DNA from: Mobula hypostoma
Lineage: Eukaryota
Assembly: GCF_963921235.1 (NCBI RefSeq)
Contig: NC_086105.1
Location: 39,804,001-39,868,000, forward strand
Direction: 5' to 3'
Length of the DNA: 64,000 nucleotides
The translations under genes and the position numbers were made by a program. This document shows, one piece after another, positions 13,601 through 25,490 of the stretch; position 1 is the stretch's first letter, and the number at the start of each line of letters is the position of its first letter. The notes beneath the pieces were generated by a model. That model did no database searches. It had not been told where the DNA came from and saw only the letters and a program-made list of their open reading frames with translations.

Positions 13601-14071
13601 GGATATGGAAGCGAACCCCGCTCCGGTAGGTGAAGTGGACGGTCAGATAATCATAGATGTCAAACCCTCCATAGTTTGCTTTTCAGGAGTAGACAAGACA
13701 TAGAGCCGCCCCTGAGGAGGACACGTACCAGGTAGTAAATTGATGGTGCGATTGTAGTCTGCATAGTGGTTCTCCTCTTGTTGAACACCTCCAACTCTGA
13801 AGGAACTCTAGACAGCTCCGTTGAGTTCAAGTCAAGGTCTTGTGGAGTCAAGAAGCAACTTGACTGATGTCGCAACATGGTTCACAGTCAGTCACTTGGA
13901 CACTCAGGCAGGCCTCTTGGAACCTCTTGCAAGGCACTTCTCCTGGCATAAGGTTGACCAACCCTGAATGGTGCCAGAAGACCAGTTAATCCAAGGATTA
14001 TGAGGATGTAACCGCAGATAATCAAGGATTGGGGGAATGTCTGAAGAATGAATAAAATGGAAATGAATCAT

Positions 14072-14770
14072 GGAACATAAAACATAGAAAATCTATAGAA
14101 CATTACAGGCCCTTCGGCCCACAATGTTGTCCTGACCATGTGACCTACTCTAGAAGCTGTCTAGAATTTCCCTTCTGCATAGCCTTCTATTTTTCTAAGC
14201 TCCATGTACCTATCTAAGAGACTCTTAAAAGACCCTTTTGTATCTGCCTCTACCACCTTCACTGGCAGTGCATTCCACACACACCATCACTCTTTGTGTG
14301 AAAAACTTACCTCTGACATCCCCCTTGTACCTACTTCCAAGCACCTTAAAACTATGCCCTCTTGTGTTAGCCATTTTAGCCCTGGGAAAAAGCCTCCGGC
14401 TAGCTACACAATCAATGCCTCTGATCATCTTATACACCTTGATCAGGTCACCTCTTGTCCTCTGTCACTCCAAGGAGAAAAGCCCAAGTTCACTCAAGTT
14501 TTCATATGGCATGCTCTCCAATCCAGTCAGCATCCTGTGCACTTTCTCAATATCATCCACATCCTTCCTGTAATGAGGTGACCAGAACTGAGCACAATAC
14601 TCCAAGTGGGATCTAACTAAGGTCTTATATAGCTGTAACATTACCTCACATCAACTCAATTCCATGGTTGATGAAGGCCAACACACCATGTCTTCTTAAC
14701 AACACTGTCAACCTATGGACATGGACACCAAAATCTCGTTGATTCTCCGCACTGCCAAGAATCTTATGAG
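14072..14770 (-). mobile_element. CR1 3' fragment inserted in the Gypsy protease
   Basis: YKMIRGIDCV...RGHSFKV; TSD GAATCAT at 14065-14071 and 14771-14777. Confidence 0.9.
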
Positions 14771-15254
14771 GAATCATCTCCTTGTGTTTTCCAATGGTCA
14801 ACTTGAAAGTGACGGAAACATTCCAATGGTCTACCACCCAAGGCCATAACAGAGATAGGCTGGTCGAGGTGTACCTTAGGAATTCGCATAACAAGCACAG
14901 TGAAAAACACAGTGACGGCTTCATGATAAAAGTAGTCATTAGTAACTCTAATAAACACAAAGAAATGACATTAAGGTGTGTCGAGACCTGTCGTTACCCA
15001 GTGGCCCCTGCTGCTGTGATGGGTTCATGACAATCAGACTTTTCAATCTCTCCTCAAACAGCAAACACAGGAGCAGTCTAATAAATCCTCATCATTTCTG
15101 CCTGGCTGGTACACAAACTTTTAGGAAACCAAAACTGCACAGGTATTTCAGGCACAGTCCCTCCAGGGCCCTATGTAATTGCAATAAGTTATCTTCTGCA
15201 CTCAAATCCTCCCCTAATAGCAAGCATATATTCAGTTTGCTCTGCTACATGCTG

Positions 15255-15360
15255 AAAATGCTGGAGGAGCTCAGCAAGTCAGGCAGCATCCAAGGAGGGG
15301 AATAAAGAGTCAACGTTTTGGGCTGAGATCCAGCATCTGCAGAAACTCCGGTGTCTATGA
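15255..15360 (-). mobile_element. Penelope terminal-repeat fragment
   Basis: atgctggaggagctcagcaagtcaggcagcatc motif. Confidence 0.7.
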
Positions 15361-15909
15361 TTTGTTCTGCAAATTGCTTGTGGTGTCTGTGTACAAAGCT
15401 ACTCAATTCTCCTTGAACATCAACATGTCCCATCAAGTTTTTCCAACTTATGTTCCGTCTGCCACAGTTCCTGCCTGTTCACTTAGCGCGTGTCCTTGAA
15501 GCCTCTTTACATCCTCCTCCAGGTTCAAAATAGCACCTTCTGTATCTCTGTATTATCAGCAAACTATGAAATACTGCATGATCAAGAGAGTGTTAATTAA
15601 TCCAATTAAGGGGAAAATCAGTGAATGTGGTGATTTAGATTTTCATAATGCTTTCAATAAGGTCTGATAATGGCCAGAAAACAAGGGAGTAAAAAATAAC
15701 TGCACCTTTCTCGGATGGGAAGACCCTGAACAGTGGGGTACTGCAGGGATCGGCAGAAATAGGTAGTGAAATTCAGGGCTCTGGACTTACTGGTCATCTC
15801 AGGCTGTGTTAGCTCAGAGGGAAAACTGAGCCAATAGCAGGGATAGAATAGTCAGTTCTGATACAGAGAGAGTGAATTGCCTGAATTCAAAGCTGAGTCC
15901 AGAAGGAAG

Positions 15910-16350
15910 TCAAAATCAACATTATTGTTATATATGCAAATGCATGTATGTAGAGGTGTAATGAAACTCTTACTTGGAGCAGCGTCACAGGCACATGGCA
16001 TCATTTCAGAAACATTCACTAGAAAAATATTCATTAGACATAAATTAAGTGCAATTTCACAGCAAAATTTAAAGCACCAAAAATGTTAATTTTACTGCGA
16101 AGTGGTCCAGTTTTGTTAAACTGTAGTGATTAAGGTTTTGCCAGCTGGTTCGGGAACTGACTGGCTGACGTTGCTATTCTTTAACCTGGTGGTGTGGGAC
16201 TTCAGGCCTCTGTACTTCTTGCTGATGGTAGCTGTGAAGTGGTAGCATGGTCCAGATGATGAGGATCTTTGATGATGAATATTGCCTTCTTTAGGCAGTC
16301 CTCCTGTAGATACTACCAATGGTGAGGAGGGACGTGCATGCCCATAAAGT
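15910..16350 (-). mobile_element. Rex1/Babar-type LINE 3' fragment
   Basis: KYRGLKSHTTRLKNS motif and the family 3' UTR. Confidence 0.7.
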
Positions 16351-16399
16351 ACTTGGTCCCGCTGTGAGTGCTGGATCCCACAGACAGAGAGATGGATCT

Positions 16400-17340
16400 G
16401 GGAGAGAGAACTAAAATGGTAGGAACAGAGCTGTGAAACCACCCTGCAGAGCTGGTCTGTGAAGCAATCACAGAAAATACATATGTTTTTTTCCATTGTA
16501 GGAGAGAAAATTTTGTGAAAAGACTGCAGTAGACCGGAATAGAAGGCATGGGAATTAATCACTGCTTCACCTGTTCGATTCCGCGGATGGTGAAGAGGAA
16601 ATAGATGAATGGATTGTTGTTGCATGGGAATGTGCCTTAAGGGGAATGGCTGCAGGGGGCAGAACCAGACAATTACAAAAGGACATGGACCCTTCAAAAT
16701 GCTGTGAAGATGGCGATGATCCGTGTCTGGCGGGGAAATCTTATTGACATCGGCAGAAATTGTGATGGATGATGCACTGAAAGCAGACGATGACAGGATG
16801 AAATGTGAGGACCAGGGGAAAACTATTCATGCCCTTGTGCCAAGGTTGACAGCAGAGATGCAGGAAATAGACCAGTTGCAGTCAAGAGTTCTGTCAATTA
16901 TGATGGAGGGGAAGCCATGGTTCAGGAAGAAGGAAGGAGTTTCAGGGGCACCCCTGTGGAAAGTCTCAACGTTGGAGCAAGTAGGATGGAGATGGAGGAA
17001 CTGAGAGAATGCCATGGAGTTCTTATTGGAAATAGGAATGGAGAATTTCTGGCCAAGATAAATGTACAGGTGTGTAGCCTTGTTATGGCTGTTTGTTGCT
17101 GCCCTACTCCCTGGGATAGAGACAAAGGAATTCCAACGGGGAAGGAAAGAAACAGAGATTACAATGTGAAGGTGAGGGCAAAGTAGAAATTGACATCAAA
17201 AGTAACAGTGTTTTCCACTTCTGTATGAGTGTTGGAAGCAGCACCAAAACAAGTGTCGATGTACTGGAAAAGAGTCGAAGATGAAGCTTGAAGAGGACTG
17301 AAACAAAGGCTACTGAAAATATGATTTGTGCTAAGGCAAG
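16400..17340 (-). mobile_element. Penelope-like element remnant (RT and linker)
   Basis: AFSQFLHLHPTCSNVETFH...SFFLNHGFP resembles the PFSQFLRLRRICS motif of fish/shark PLEs. Confidence 0.75.
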
Positions 17341-17754
17341 AGGACTTGAAGATGCTGTGGAAATTGATAGCATTTGTCCAAAAAAAATTAAACTGGAGTG
17401 AAGGTGGGTGGGACTTGGTTTGGGCTCAGTGGACTTCTGAAGTTGGTTCGGGTCTGGTACGTTCAACCTTCTGCCTTTCCCTGATTTAGAAGCTGTAAGG
17501 AGAATTTACTGGCTTCTAGGACAGACAGAGTAGTTATGATTAGTAAACAGCATTTTTGTAGCAACATAGATCATGATCCAGTCAGTTCAATCTACAGATC
17601 CACGTACGTTCGATTTAAATAAACATCACTCTCAGAGCTGAGAGGGAGAATGATTCAAACTGCTTATGTAGTTAGTAGTTTTGGCACCTGGTTCAGCCTG
17701 TTTGTCAAAGTGGTGTACCCAGGTGTGACTGCTGTTGCACGCAAACAGCTATTT

Positions 17755-19236
17755 CAAAGTTCAAAGTTAATTTATTATGTGTCACCACATACAGCACTGA
17801 GATTCATTTTCTTGTGAGCACACTCAATAAATCTACTGAATAATAACCATAACAGAATCAGTGAAAGACTGCCCAACTTGGGCGTTCAATCAGAGTGCAG
17901 AGGACAACAAACTGTACAAGTACAAAATGAAAGAAATAATAAATAAATAAGCGATATATATCAAGAATATGAAATAAAGAGTCCTTGAAAATGAGCCAAT
18001 TGCACGCCCATCGCCTACCTCTGGTGCTCCTCCCCACTTTTTTCTTTCTTCAAAGGCCTTCTGTCTCTTTCACTAATTAACTTCCTGGCTCTTTGCTTTT
18101 CATCCCTCTCCTCCCCCAAGTTTCACCTATCGCCTGGCGTTTATCTCCCTCCTCCCCCCACCTTTCAAATCTACTCCTCAGCTTTTTTTTTCTCCAGTCC
18201 TGCTGAAGGTTTTGGGCCTGAAATGTTGACTGTACTTTTTTCCATAGATGCTGCCTGTCCTGCTGAGTTCCTCCAGCATTTTGTGTGTGTTCCATTGGTT
18301 CTGGGAATATTTCAATGTTGGGGCAAATGAAGTTGAGTAAAATTATCCTCTTTGGTTCAAGAGCCCGATGGTTGAGGGATAGTAACTGTTCCTGAACCTG
18401 GTGGTTTGAGTCCTGAGTCCTGTATCTTCTTCCTGAAGGCAGCAGTGAGAAGAGAGCATGTCCTGGGTGTTGGGAGTCCCTGTTGATGGGTGCTGCTTTC
18501 CTGCTACAGCATTTCACTTAGATGTGTTCAATGGTAGGGAGGGTTTTACCTGTGATGGACCAGGCTGTATCCACTACTTTTTGTAGGATTTTCCATTCAA
18601 GGGCATTGGTGTTTTCATACCAGGCTGTGATGCTGCCTGTCAATACACAGACACATCTCCACAAACTCCTAAGGAAGTAAAGGCACTACTGTGCTTTCTT
18701 CGTAATTGCACTTACTTGATGGGCTTAGGACAGGTCCTCTGGAATAATAACACCGAGGAATTTAAAGTTACTGACCCTCTTCACTTCTGATCCTCTGATG
18801 AGGACAGGCTCATGAACCTCTGGTTTTCTTCTCCTGAAATCAATAATCAACTCCTTGGTCTTGCTGACATTGAGTGAGAGGTTGTTGTTATGGTGCCACC
18901 CAGCCAGATCTTTGAACTCCCTCCTGTATGCTGATTCATCACTACCTTTGCTTTGGCCTACAACAGTGATACCAGCAGGAAATTTGAATGTGGCATTGGA
19001 GCTGTGCTTAGCCACACAGTCGTAAGTGTAAAGCGAGTAGAGCAGGGAGCTAAACACACAGCCTTGTGGTGCACCTGTGCTGATTGAAGTTGTGGAAGAG
19101 ATGTTGCCAATTTGCACTGACGGGGGTCTACAAGTGAGGAGATCAAGGATCCAATTGCACAAGGAGGTATTGAGGCCAAGGTCTTGGACCTCATTGATTA
19201 GTTTTGAAATGATGATGGTATTGAATACTGAGCTGA
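17755..19236 (-). mobile_element. Rex1/Babar LINE (RT and 3' UTR) interrupted at ~18000-18290
   Basis: [57 protein letters not shown]; tail tcaaagttcaaagt. Confidence 0.9.
18002..18291 (+). mobile_element. Penelope terminal repeat with degenerate type I hammerhead (18195-18232)
   Basis: CAGTC-CTGCTGA-AGG/CCT stem-GAAA-TG-TT-GACTG. Confidence 0.8.
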
Positions 19237-19242
19237 ATTTAG

Positions 19243-19716
19243 AGCCACAGGTGTGAGCTGAGTGTCCAGTGGAGACCAAAAGTTGAGTAAGCTGTCCCAG
19301 AATGGACACAACAAGCCCCTTTACCAAAGGTACTATCTCTACCCATAGACTGCTTTGACCAGGTGGGCTAAACCAGGTTAGAGTAGTGGGTGGGCCTCAT
19401 ACCCTAGTAAGATAGGGACATACCTGTTTCAGCATGCCAAGACAGCTCCAGCAGACTGGCAGAAGAGATTAACAGTGAGATTCAATGGCCGAGAAGGAAG
19501 TTCTGCAATGCTTTGTGGAGGGTGAAGAGCATGATAAGGTACATAAGAAGTCATGGTCACCCACTGCAACAAGGAAGACCCCCCCATTGTGCCATGTACC
19601 ACTGGACCCAGATTTCCAAGGTCAAGAGAGTAGAACTGGCCCCGTGCAACAGCTTTTCCACTTTTAAGACTCTCCCACACAGGTTTCCTGTCATCATTGG
19701 ATATGACAGACGACCA
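19243..19716 (+). mobile_element. RTE-derived non-autonomous element
   Basis: Structured 5' part (GTGTCCA/TGGACAC stem, GGGCTAAACC) and RTE-like 3' hairpin tgtcatcattggatatgaca; no ORF. Confidence 0.55.
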
Positions 19717-20014
19717 ATCAGTTTTGGCTACATGCATAGTAAATGTGACATTCCAGAGATCTGCAAAGAAGTCATACAAATTTTTGAATTGTTCTATATT
19801 TTCTCCATCATATTTTTCATGCAGAGTTTATAGTCTCAATCCCACCACAAATTGCCTACAAAGTGGCACATCTTTGTGAATTGTGCATTTGTGCCAAGAG
19901 ATAAAGTAGTCGTTGTCTAGATTCATCTCAAGTACCCAGAGGTCAATGAATGATGCTGGGTATCACATATGTTAATCACATGGACTTCTGCTGCTACGGC
20001 TTTCCTTCCTTCTT

Positions 20015-20170
20015 TCTATCCACAAAGATTAAGGATGACTTCCGGCGTTTTCCTAGAGTGGTTGATGAGGTCAATTTGGGAACTGCAAACTGTCCTCATG
20101 AGTGGGATGGATAGTGTGATATGTAGCAGTGGGTGGGCTGTTTGGGATGCTGTGCACTCCTTCCATTTCC
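20015..20170 (-). mobile_element. RTE 3' end fragment
   Basis: Similar to 4310-4460. Confidence 0.5.
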
Positions 20171-21009
20171 AAAATCTTAGTGGTGTTCCTGTCAGAGAGA
20201 ATATCAGCACTTTCTCCATTGTGAACAATTACAGTTTAGGGATTTCTATCATTTTGTGATGATAACTTTTTTTCAAGCAATGATTCCTATTCTGTTGTGT
20301 ACTGTAGAGATTGGAAGTTCATATACAAAATGTCTCATGCCATACTTACAGCTTAGTACATCAAGTCAGAACCTTTGTTATCACAGAAATGGACAATGCA
20401 ATGCAACTATTCCATGCTGTAGGTGCATTCCATTTGAGCTTCCTTGTGTCTTCACCTTCTTTAAATATATCACTGTATACCTCTGTTACCTTGTCCCTGA
20501 ATTACTTACCTAGCCTCTCAAACATTCTTCCATTCATAGTTCTTCAATTCATCTCACTCAAACCAGGCACAGTTCCAAATTCACAGCTCTTCTTGTGTGT
20601 GCAAGTTTCTGATAATCATGCCTTCCATTGATATTTCCTACATAGAAAGATTCCCTTTTCATTGTTTCATCAAAAATCCTTCATAATTTTACAAATGTCT
20701 GAAATCACTCCTCAGTTTTCTTTTCTCCTGAGAGAAGCTACTCAGTGTGGTTCATCTTGATATAAACTCACATTTCTGGCATTGTCCCTGCAAATATTCT
20801 TTCCACCATTGATGTATTTTTATGCATATATAATGCCGCAAGCAGAAGTAAAGACAGTACAATAAGTGTAGTCTAACCATGGTTCTATAGCACATTTAGA
20901 GCATTTCCCTACTTAATTTAGTTGTTCCAGAAATAAACTCTGCTGTGTGGTTTGTCTTTTTCTATGTGACTTTGATAGCCTTTGGTGCAACTTCTATGGT
21001 TTTTGTGTT

Positions 21010-23922
21010 TGTAATCTGAGATCTGCAATCTGTTGAGGGCCAGATCAGTGGCAATCAGGTCTGGCAACCAAGTAATGTGCAAGAAGCCCAGGTACAACCT
21101 CCGGAAAGCCATCTCACATGTGAAGTGGCAATCCTGGACCAAACTTGAATCTCTGAAGGATGCTCGACAGCTATGGCGGGGCTTGAATGCTATCACCTCC
21201 TACAAAGTTAAAACAAGCAACACAGGTTACGCAAACAACAGGAATTCTGCAGATGCTGGAAATTGAAGCAACACACATCAAAGTTGCTGGTGAATGCAGC
21301 AGGCCAAGCAGCATCTGTAGGAAGAGGTGCAGTCGACATTGAGCTCAGTGCCTTTTATGCTTGCTTTGACCATCTAAATATGGAGGCAACTTCACAAACT
21401 CCCGAAGCCCCTGATGACCTTGTGATTTCGGTTTCTGAGGCTGATGTGAGAGCCTTCTTCAGGGTGGTGAATCCATGGAAAGCATTTGGCCCAGATGGGT
21501 TACCTGTCTGAGTACTATAGACCTGTGCTGATCAATTGGCTGTAGTGTTCACTGATATCTTTAACCTCTCGCTTCGGCAGTCTGAAGTACAATCTGCTTC
21601 AAGCAGACGACAATTATACAGATGCTTAAGAAGAACATGGTAACCTTCCTGAATGACTTACATCCAAAGTATTTTGAGAGGCTGGTAATGAAACATGTCA
21701 ACTTCTGCCTGAGAAATGACTTGGATCCGCTCCAATTTGTCTCCCGTTACAACAGGGCAACAGCAGATGCCATTTCGTTGGCGCTTCGCTCAGCCTTACT
21801 TCACTGGATAACTTCACTTAACTCCACTTGCTCCATCACCGAGATGCTCCCACAAGCTATGGGCTCCTTTTAAAGGACTTCATCTTACGTTCTCGATATT
21901 TATTGTTTATCATTATTATTATTTTTATTTATTTTTTCTCAGCTCAAGCTGGTAAACCTGAGGTATGGGCATAGCTAAGCATGCTCATTTGTCAATTGCA
22001 AGGAACTTTCAGACTATTCTAGTGGTGTTTAGTATTGTAGCTTTCTGAAGACTTACTTCTGAAGATATTACTGTGTAGCCCTAATTGTTTAATGCTATTG
22101 TGCAGTGCCTTTGGGATGATAGTGGTTACAGATATTACTATCAAGGCAATACATACCCTGTTCATGTTCCAAAGTCTTTCAATTTCCTCTTTTACTTCAT
22201 CATATTTCTGGTGTTTTTCACTTACTTCTGTAAGTTATGTGTATTTGGAATGGCTATATCTATTAAATAAGCAGTTCTTGCTTGTTTATCTTGCATTATC
22301 TTATCCGAACAGTCATTATGAATTGTTCTATCTGTAATAACTGATCAGTCATAATATAATTTGTGGTTATCTGACTCCAAAGCTGGATCAGACTTGTATT
22401 TATAGTAAGGTATGATTTAATTTATGAGTTTGTATTTTAAAGCAAGGTTTTGATGAATGATGTTTGTCACTTGATTGTGCCTGTGTAAATAATCAAATCG
22501 TGTTAAACTGCTACAGGATCCTGTAATGCATTGGCTTCCTTCTGGTTTTTCTTTGTATTTGCAATTTGTTGTATTTTACACACTGGTACCTATTTGGTTC
22601 AGTCTTTCATTGATTCTATTATGGTTATTGGATTTATTAGTATGCCAGCAAGAAAATGAATCTTAGGGTTGTATATGGTAACATATATGTACTTCGATAA
22701 TAAATTTACTTTGAACTTTGAACCCTGGAACATCTGGACAGTGAAAATGCATACATCAGGATGTTCTTTGTTGACTACAGTTTGGAATTTAGTACTCTCA
22801 TCCTTCAGAACAAATCAGTAAGTTTCCAGACCTAGGCCTCAATACCTCATTGTGCACCTGGATCCTCGATTCATCATTTGACCCCAGTGAGTTTTGATCG
22901 GCAGCAACATCTCCTCTACAATCTCTGTGCGCCCAGATGCACCACAAGTCTGATCTACTCACTTAATACGTATGACTGTGAGGCTAAGCATAACTTCAAA
23001 GCCGTTTTGTGGCGACAACACTGTCGACGGCGAATCAGATGTGTAGTTAATCAGCATATGGTGGGGGGAGATTATAAATGTGGCTAGTGGTGCCACAACA
23101 GCAACCTTTCACTCAATGTCAGCAAGTCCAAGGAGATGATTATTGACTTCAGGAGGAGGAAACCGGAGGTCCAAGAGCCAGCCCTCATCGGGAGAATTAG
23201 ATGTGCAGAGGGTCAGCGATTTGAAATTCCTCGGTTTTATAATTTCAGAGGATCTGTCCTGGGTCCTGCACGTAAGTGCCATTATAGAGAAAGCACCTCT
23301 ATTTTAGAAGTTTGCGAATATTCGGCATGTCATCCAAAACTTTGACAAACTTCCATAGGTGAGCGGTAGAACGCATCACAGCCTGGTATGCAAACACGAA
23401 TGCCCTTGAACGGAGAAGTCTACAAAAAGTAATGGATGCAGCCCAGTCCATCACGGGTAAAGCTCTCCCCACCATTGAACACATCTACCCGGAGCGCTGT
23501 CAAATGAAACTAGCATTCAGGTCATTCCCTCTTCTCCTTGTTGTCAGGAAGGCACAGGAGCTTCAGGACTCACACCACCAGGTTCAGAAACATTTATTAT
23601 CCCACAACCATCAGGCTCTTGAACCAGAGGGGAAAACTTCACTCAACTCCACTCGTCCCATCACTGAACTATTCGCGCAATCTATGTACTCGCTTTCAAG
23701 GACTCTGAAACTTATTTTCTGGATATTTATTGTTTTTTTTCTTTTGTATTTGCATAGTTTGTTGTCTTTTGCGCATTGGTTGTTGGTCCATCCTAATGGG
23801 GCGGTCTTTCATTGACTCTATTGTGTTTCTTCCAGTTACTGCGTATGTCCGCAAGAAAATTAATCTCGGGGATGCATATAACGACTTGTATGTATTTTGA
23901 TAATAGATTTACTTTGAACTTT
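21010..23922 (+). mobile_element. Rex1/Babar LINE split by nested insertions (A: 21010-21798 and 22723-23922; B, a 3'-end copy: 21799-22722)
   Basis: [38 protein letters not shown]; the reading resumes at ccctggaacatctggac (22723); two tails actttgaacttt at 22709 and 23911; PLE insert at ~21225-21340. Confidence 0.85.
21938..22551 (-). mobile_element. R4/Dong-clade non-LTR retrotransposon, 5'-truncated
   Basis: Reverse complement matches 57445-58030 (CITGSCSS, YLHRHNQV, PD..D endonuclease region, same 3' UTR CCTCAGGTTT...GCTGAG). Confidence 0.85.
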
Positions 23923-24711
23923 AAGCTCTGTTTATCTAATTCCCCACTTCTTTCGCACCTTGCCAGTAATAAGTAACCTCTCTATTCTTAAGGAAATAAC
24001 TACCTCGTATTTATATGGTGAGCTTCACTTGGCAATCATTTACCCACATTGCCTTCCTGTTGTTTGTCAGTGCTGGAATTCTGCGTACACTTGCCCCCAC
24101 GCATCCACAACTTCACTTCCCGGGTGCTTGATTTTTGTTTTGACAGGAAGGAAATGTGGACGAAGAGGAAGTTTTTCACTCACTCACTGATCAGTGTCGA
24201 GGCAGTCCATTTGAGAAATAAACCACGGCGTCCACTCTTTGCAAGGAGCAGCTGCCGAGTGCAATAGACGCCTGTAGAACCCCTTCGCTCGTTCCATTAT
24301 ATATTCCCTTTGCCTTTTCAGCCATTTAATCTCCCTCTCCATTTCTGTACACTTTAAAAACGTGTTTATTTCATGAAGCCAACCCCAACGTTTTGCTCCC
24401 TTTCCGAGCCGAGGTCTCCCCTGCTGAACACTGCCAATCCCCTTCGTTTTTTAAAATTTCAGATGTCTAGTTTCCCCGATATTTGACGTTTCTTGGCAGT
24501 GGGGAATCCCTTCCCTTCTGCTAAGGGAATAAAACCCTATAAACTTAGGAAAGTGTTCAGGTGAACTGCCTGGGTTTTCCTGAAAGGAGTCTTTCTGTCA
24601 GAGTAGGAGTTGTACCGCAGCTGATTGTGTCCCCGGGATTAAGCTGCGTGTCAGGGACGAGGCTGCTGTAAGGGGTCGTGGATCGAAAATCCACACCCCT
24701 TCCAACAAACA

Positions 24712-24714
<3 letters not shown>

Positions 24715-24744
<30 letters not shown>
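24715..24744. repeat. (AC)n microsatellite
   Basis: Directly visible. Confidence 0.97.
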
Positions 24745-24747
<3 letters not shown>

Positions 24748-25122
24748 TGTAGGCTGTTTTGATAAAGCCATTCGTTAAGAATGGATTATGGGAACGGCTA
24801 AACCTTCTTCTACAACCTCCCCCTCCCCACCCCCACCCCCGTCCTTCCCTTATCCGGCACTCAGCCACAGCTCAAGAGAAAAATGGGAGTTCAATACTAG
24901 CGCTGCGCGGAAGGAGCCAGATTTATTATTGGGAAGGCGAGGAGCTGACTGGCAGGTTTTAGTCTCCCGGAATCCAGTACAAAGGCAGCTGAAATTCTCT
25001 CACACACAGTGAGGCAGATCACATTCACGCTCAAGCTGACACTCATTTGGTGGGGTGTCCTCATTCACTGGATGCGAGTGCTTGTCACTGCGATAGGCAG
25101 GCGAGAGTACACATTCATTGAG

Positions 25123-25124
<2 letters not shown>

Positions 25125-25163
<39 letters not shown>

Positions 25164-25179
25164 ATTTCTCTCTCTCTCT
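25125..25179. repeat. (TC)n microsatellite, probably in the 5' UTR
   Basis: Pure to 25160, interrupted to 25179. Confidence 0.97.
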
Positions 25180-25438
25180 TTCGCTCGCTCGTTCGCGCAG
25201 ATACAATACACACAATCAGACCGAGCTGCTCCGCTCATCCTTTCGCCGCAGTCACTCACAGAGAAGACAAACAGATCTGCCTTGGTCGGCTGCCTTGTCG
25301 CGGGCTCCATGCACGGTTCCCCCCGCCTCACTCAAAGCAGCAACCGCGACGGAAACCAGAAGGAAGGTCTTCACCAGACGGGCCGTGTAGCCTGTCTTCA
25401 CAACCAACAAGTTGTCGCCGAAGCAAGACCCACTGGCC

Positions 25439-25490
25439 ATGCAGCCTTACTCTCGCTGGGTCCTTGCACTCCTGTGTATCTGTCAAGTGG
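25439..25490 (+). CDS. PTPRZ1: First coding exon (signal peptide) of a receptor-type tyrosine phosphatase zeta-like gene
   Basis: ggccATG context, translation MQPYSRWVLALLCICQV plus 1 nt, then canonical donor G|GTGAGT (phase 1). Lies in the only CpG-rich non-repeat region. Resembles the PTPRZ1 exon-1 end LLCVCRL|D, which is also phase 1 (recalled, not aligned). Exon 2 not found in the window, so the gene name rests on 17 codons. Confidence 0.68.

Larger units (their letters stand above)
9091..15032 (-). mobile_element. Decayed chromodomain-bearing Ty3/Gypsy LTR retrotransposon (gag deleted)
   Basis: TG...CA termini; related LTR segments at 9368-9450 and 14888-14968; protease (LDQPISVMALGGRPL), RT (FNTPTGHYKYLVMQFSLVNA, FVFVYLEDILIF), RNase H (LHPCAFFSRQLSP), integrase (GHPG, ESRKLAPKYIRPF, HTFHISHLKPV), chromodomain (QYLVDWDHYGLEERCWVP); G-rich PPT near 9628-9644; flanks ATTGG/ATCAG. 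Confidence 0.9.
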
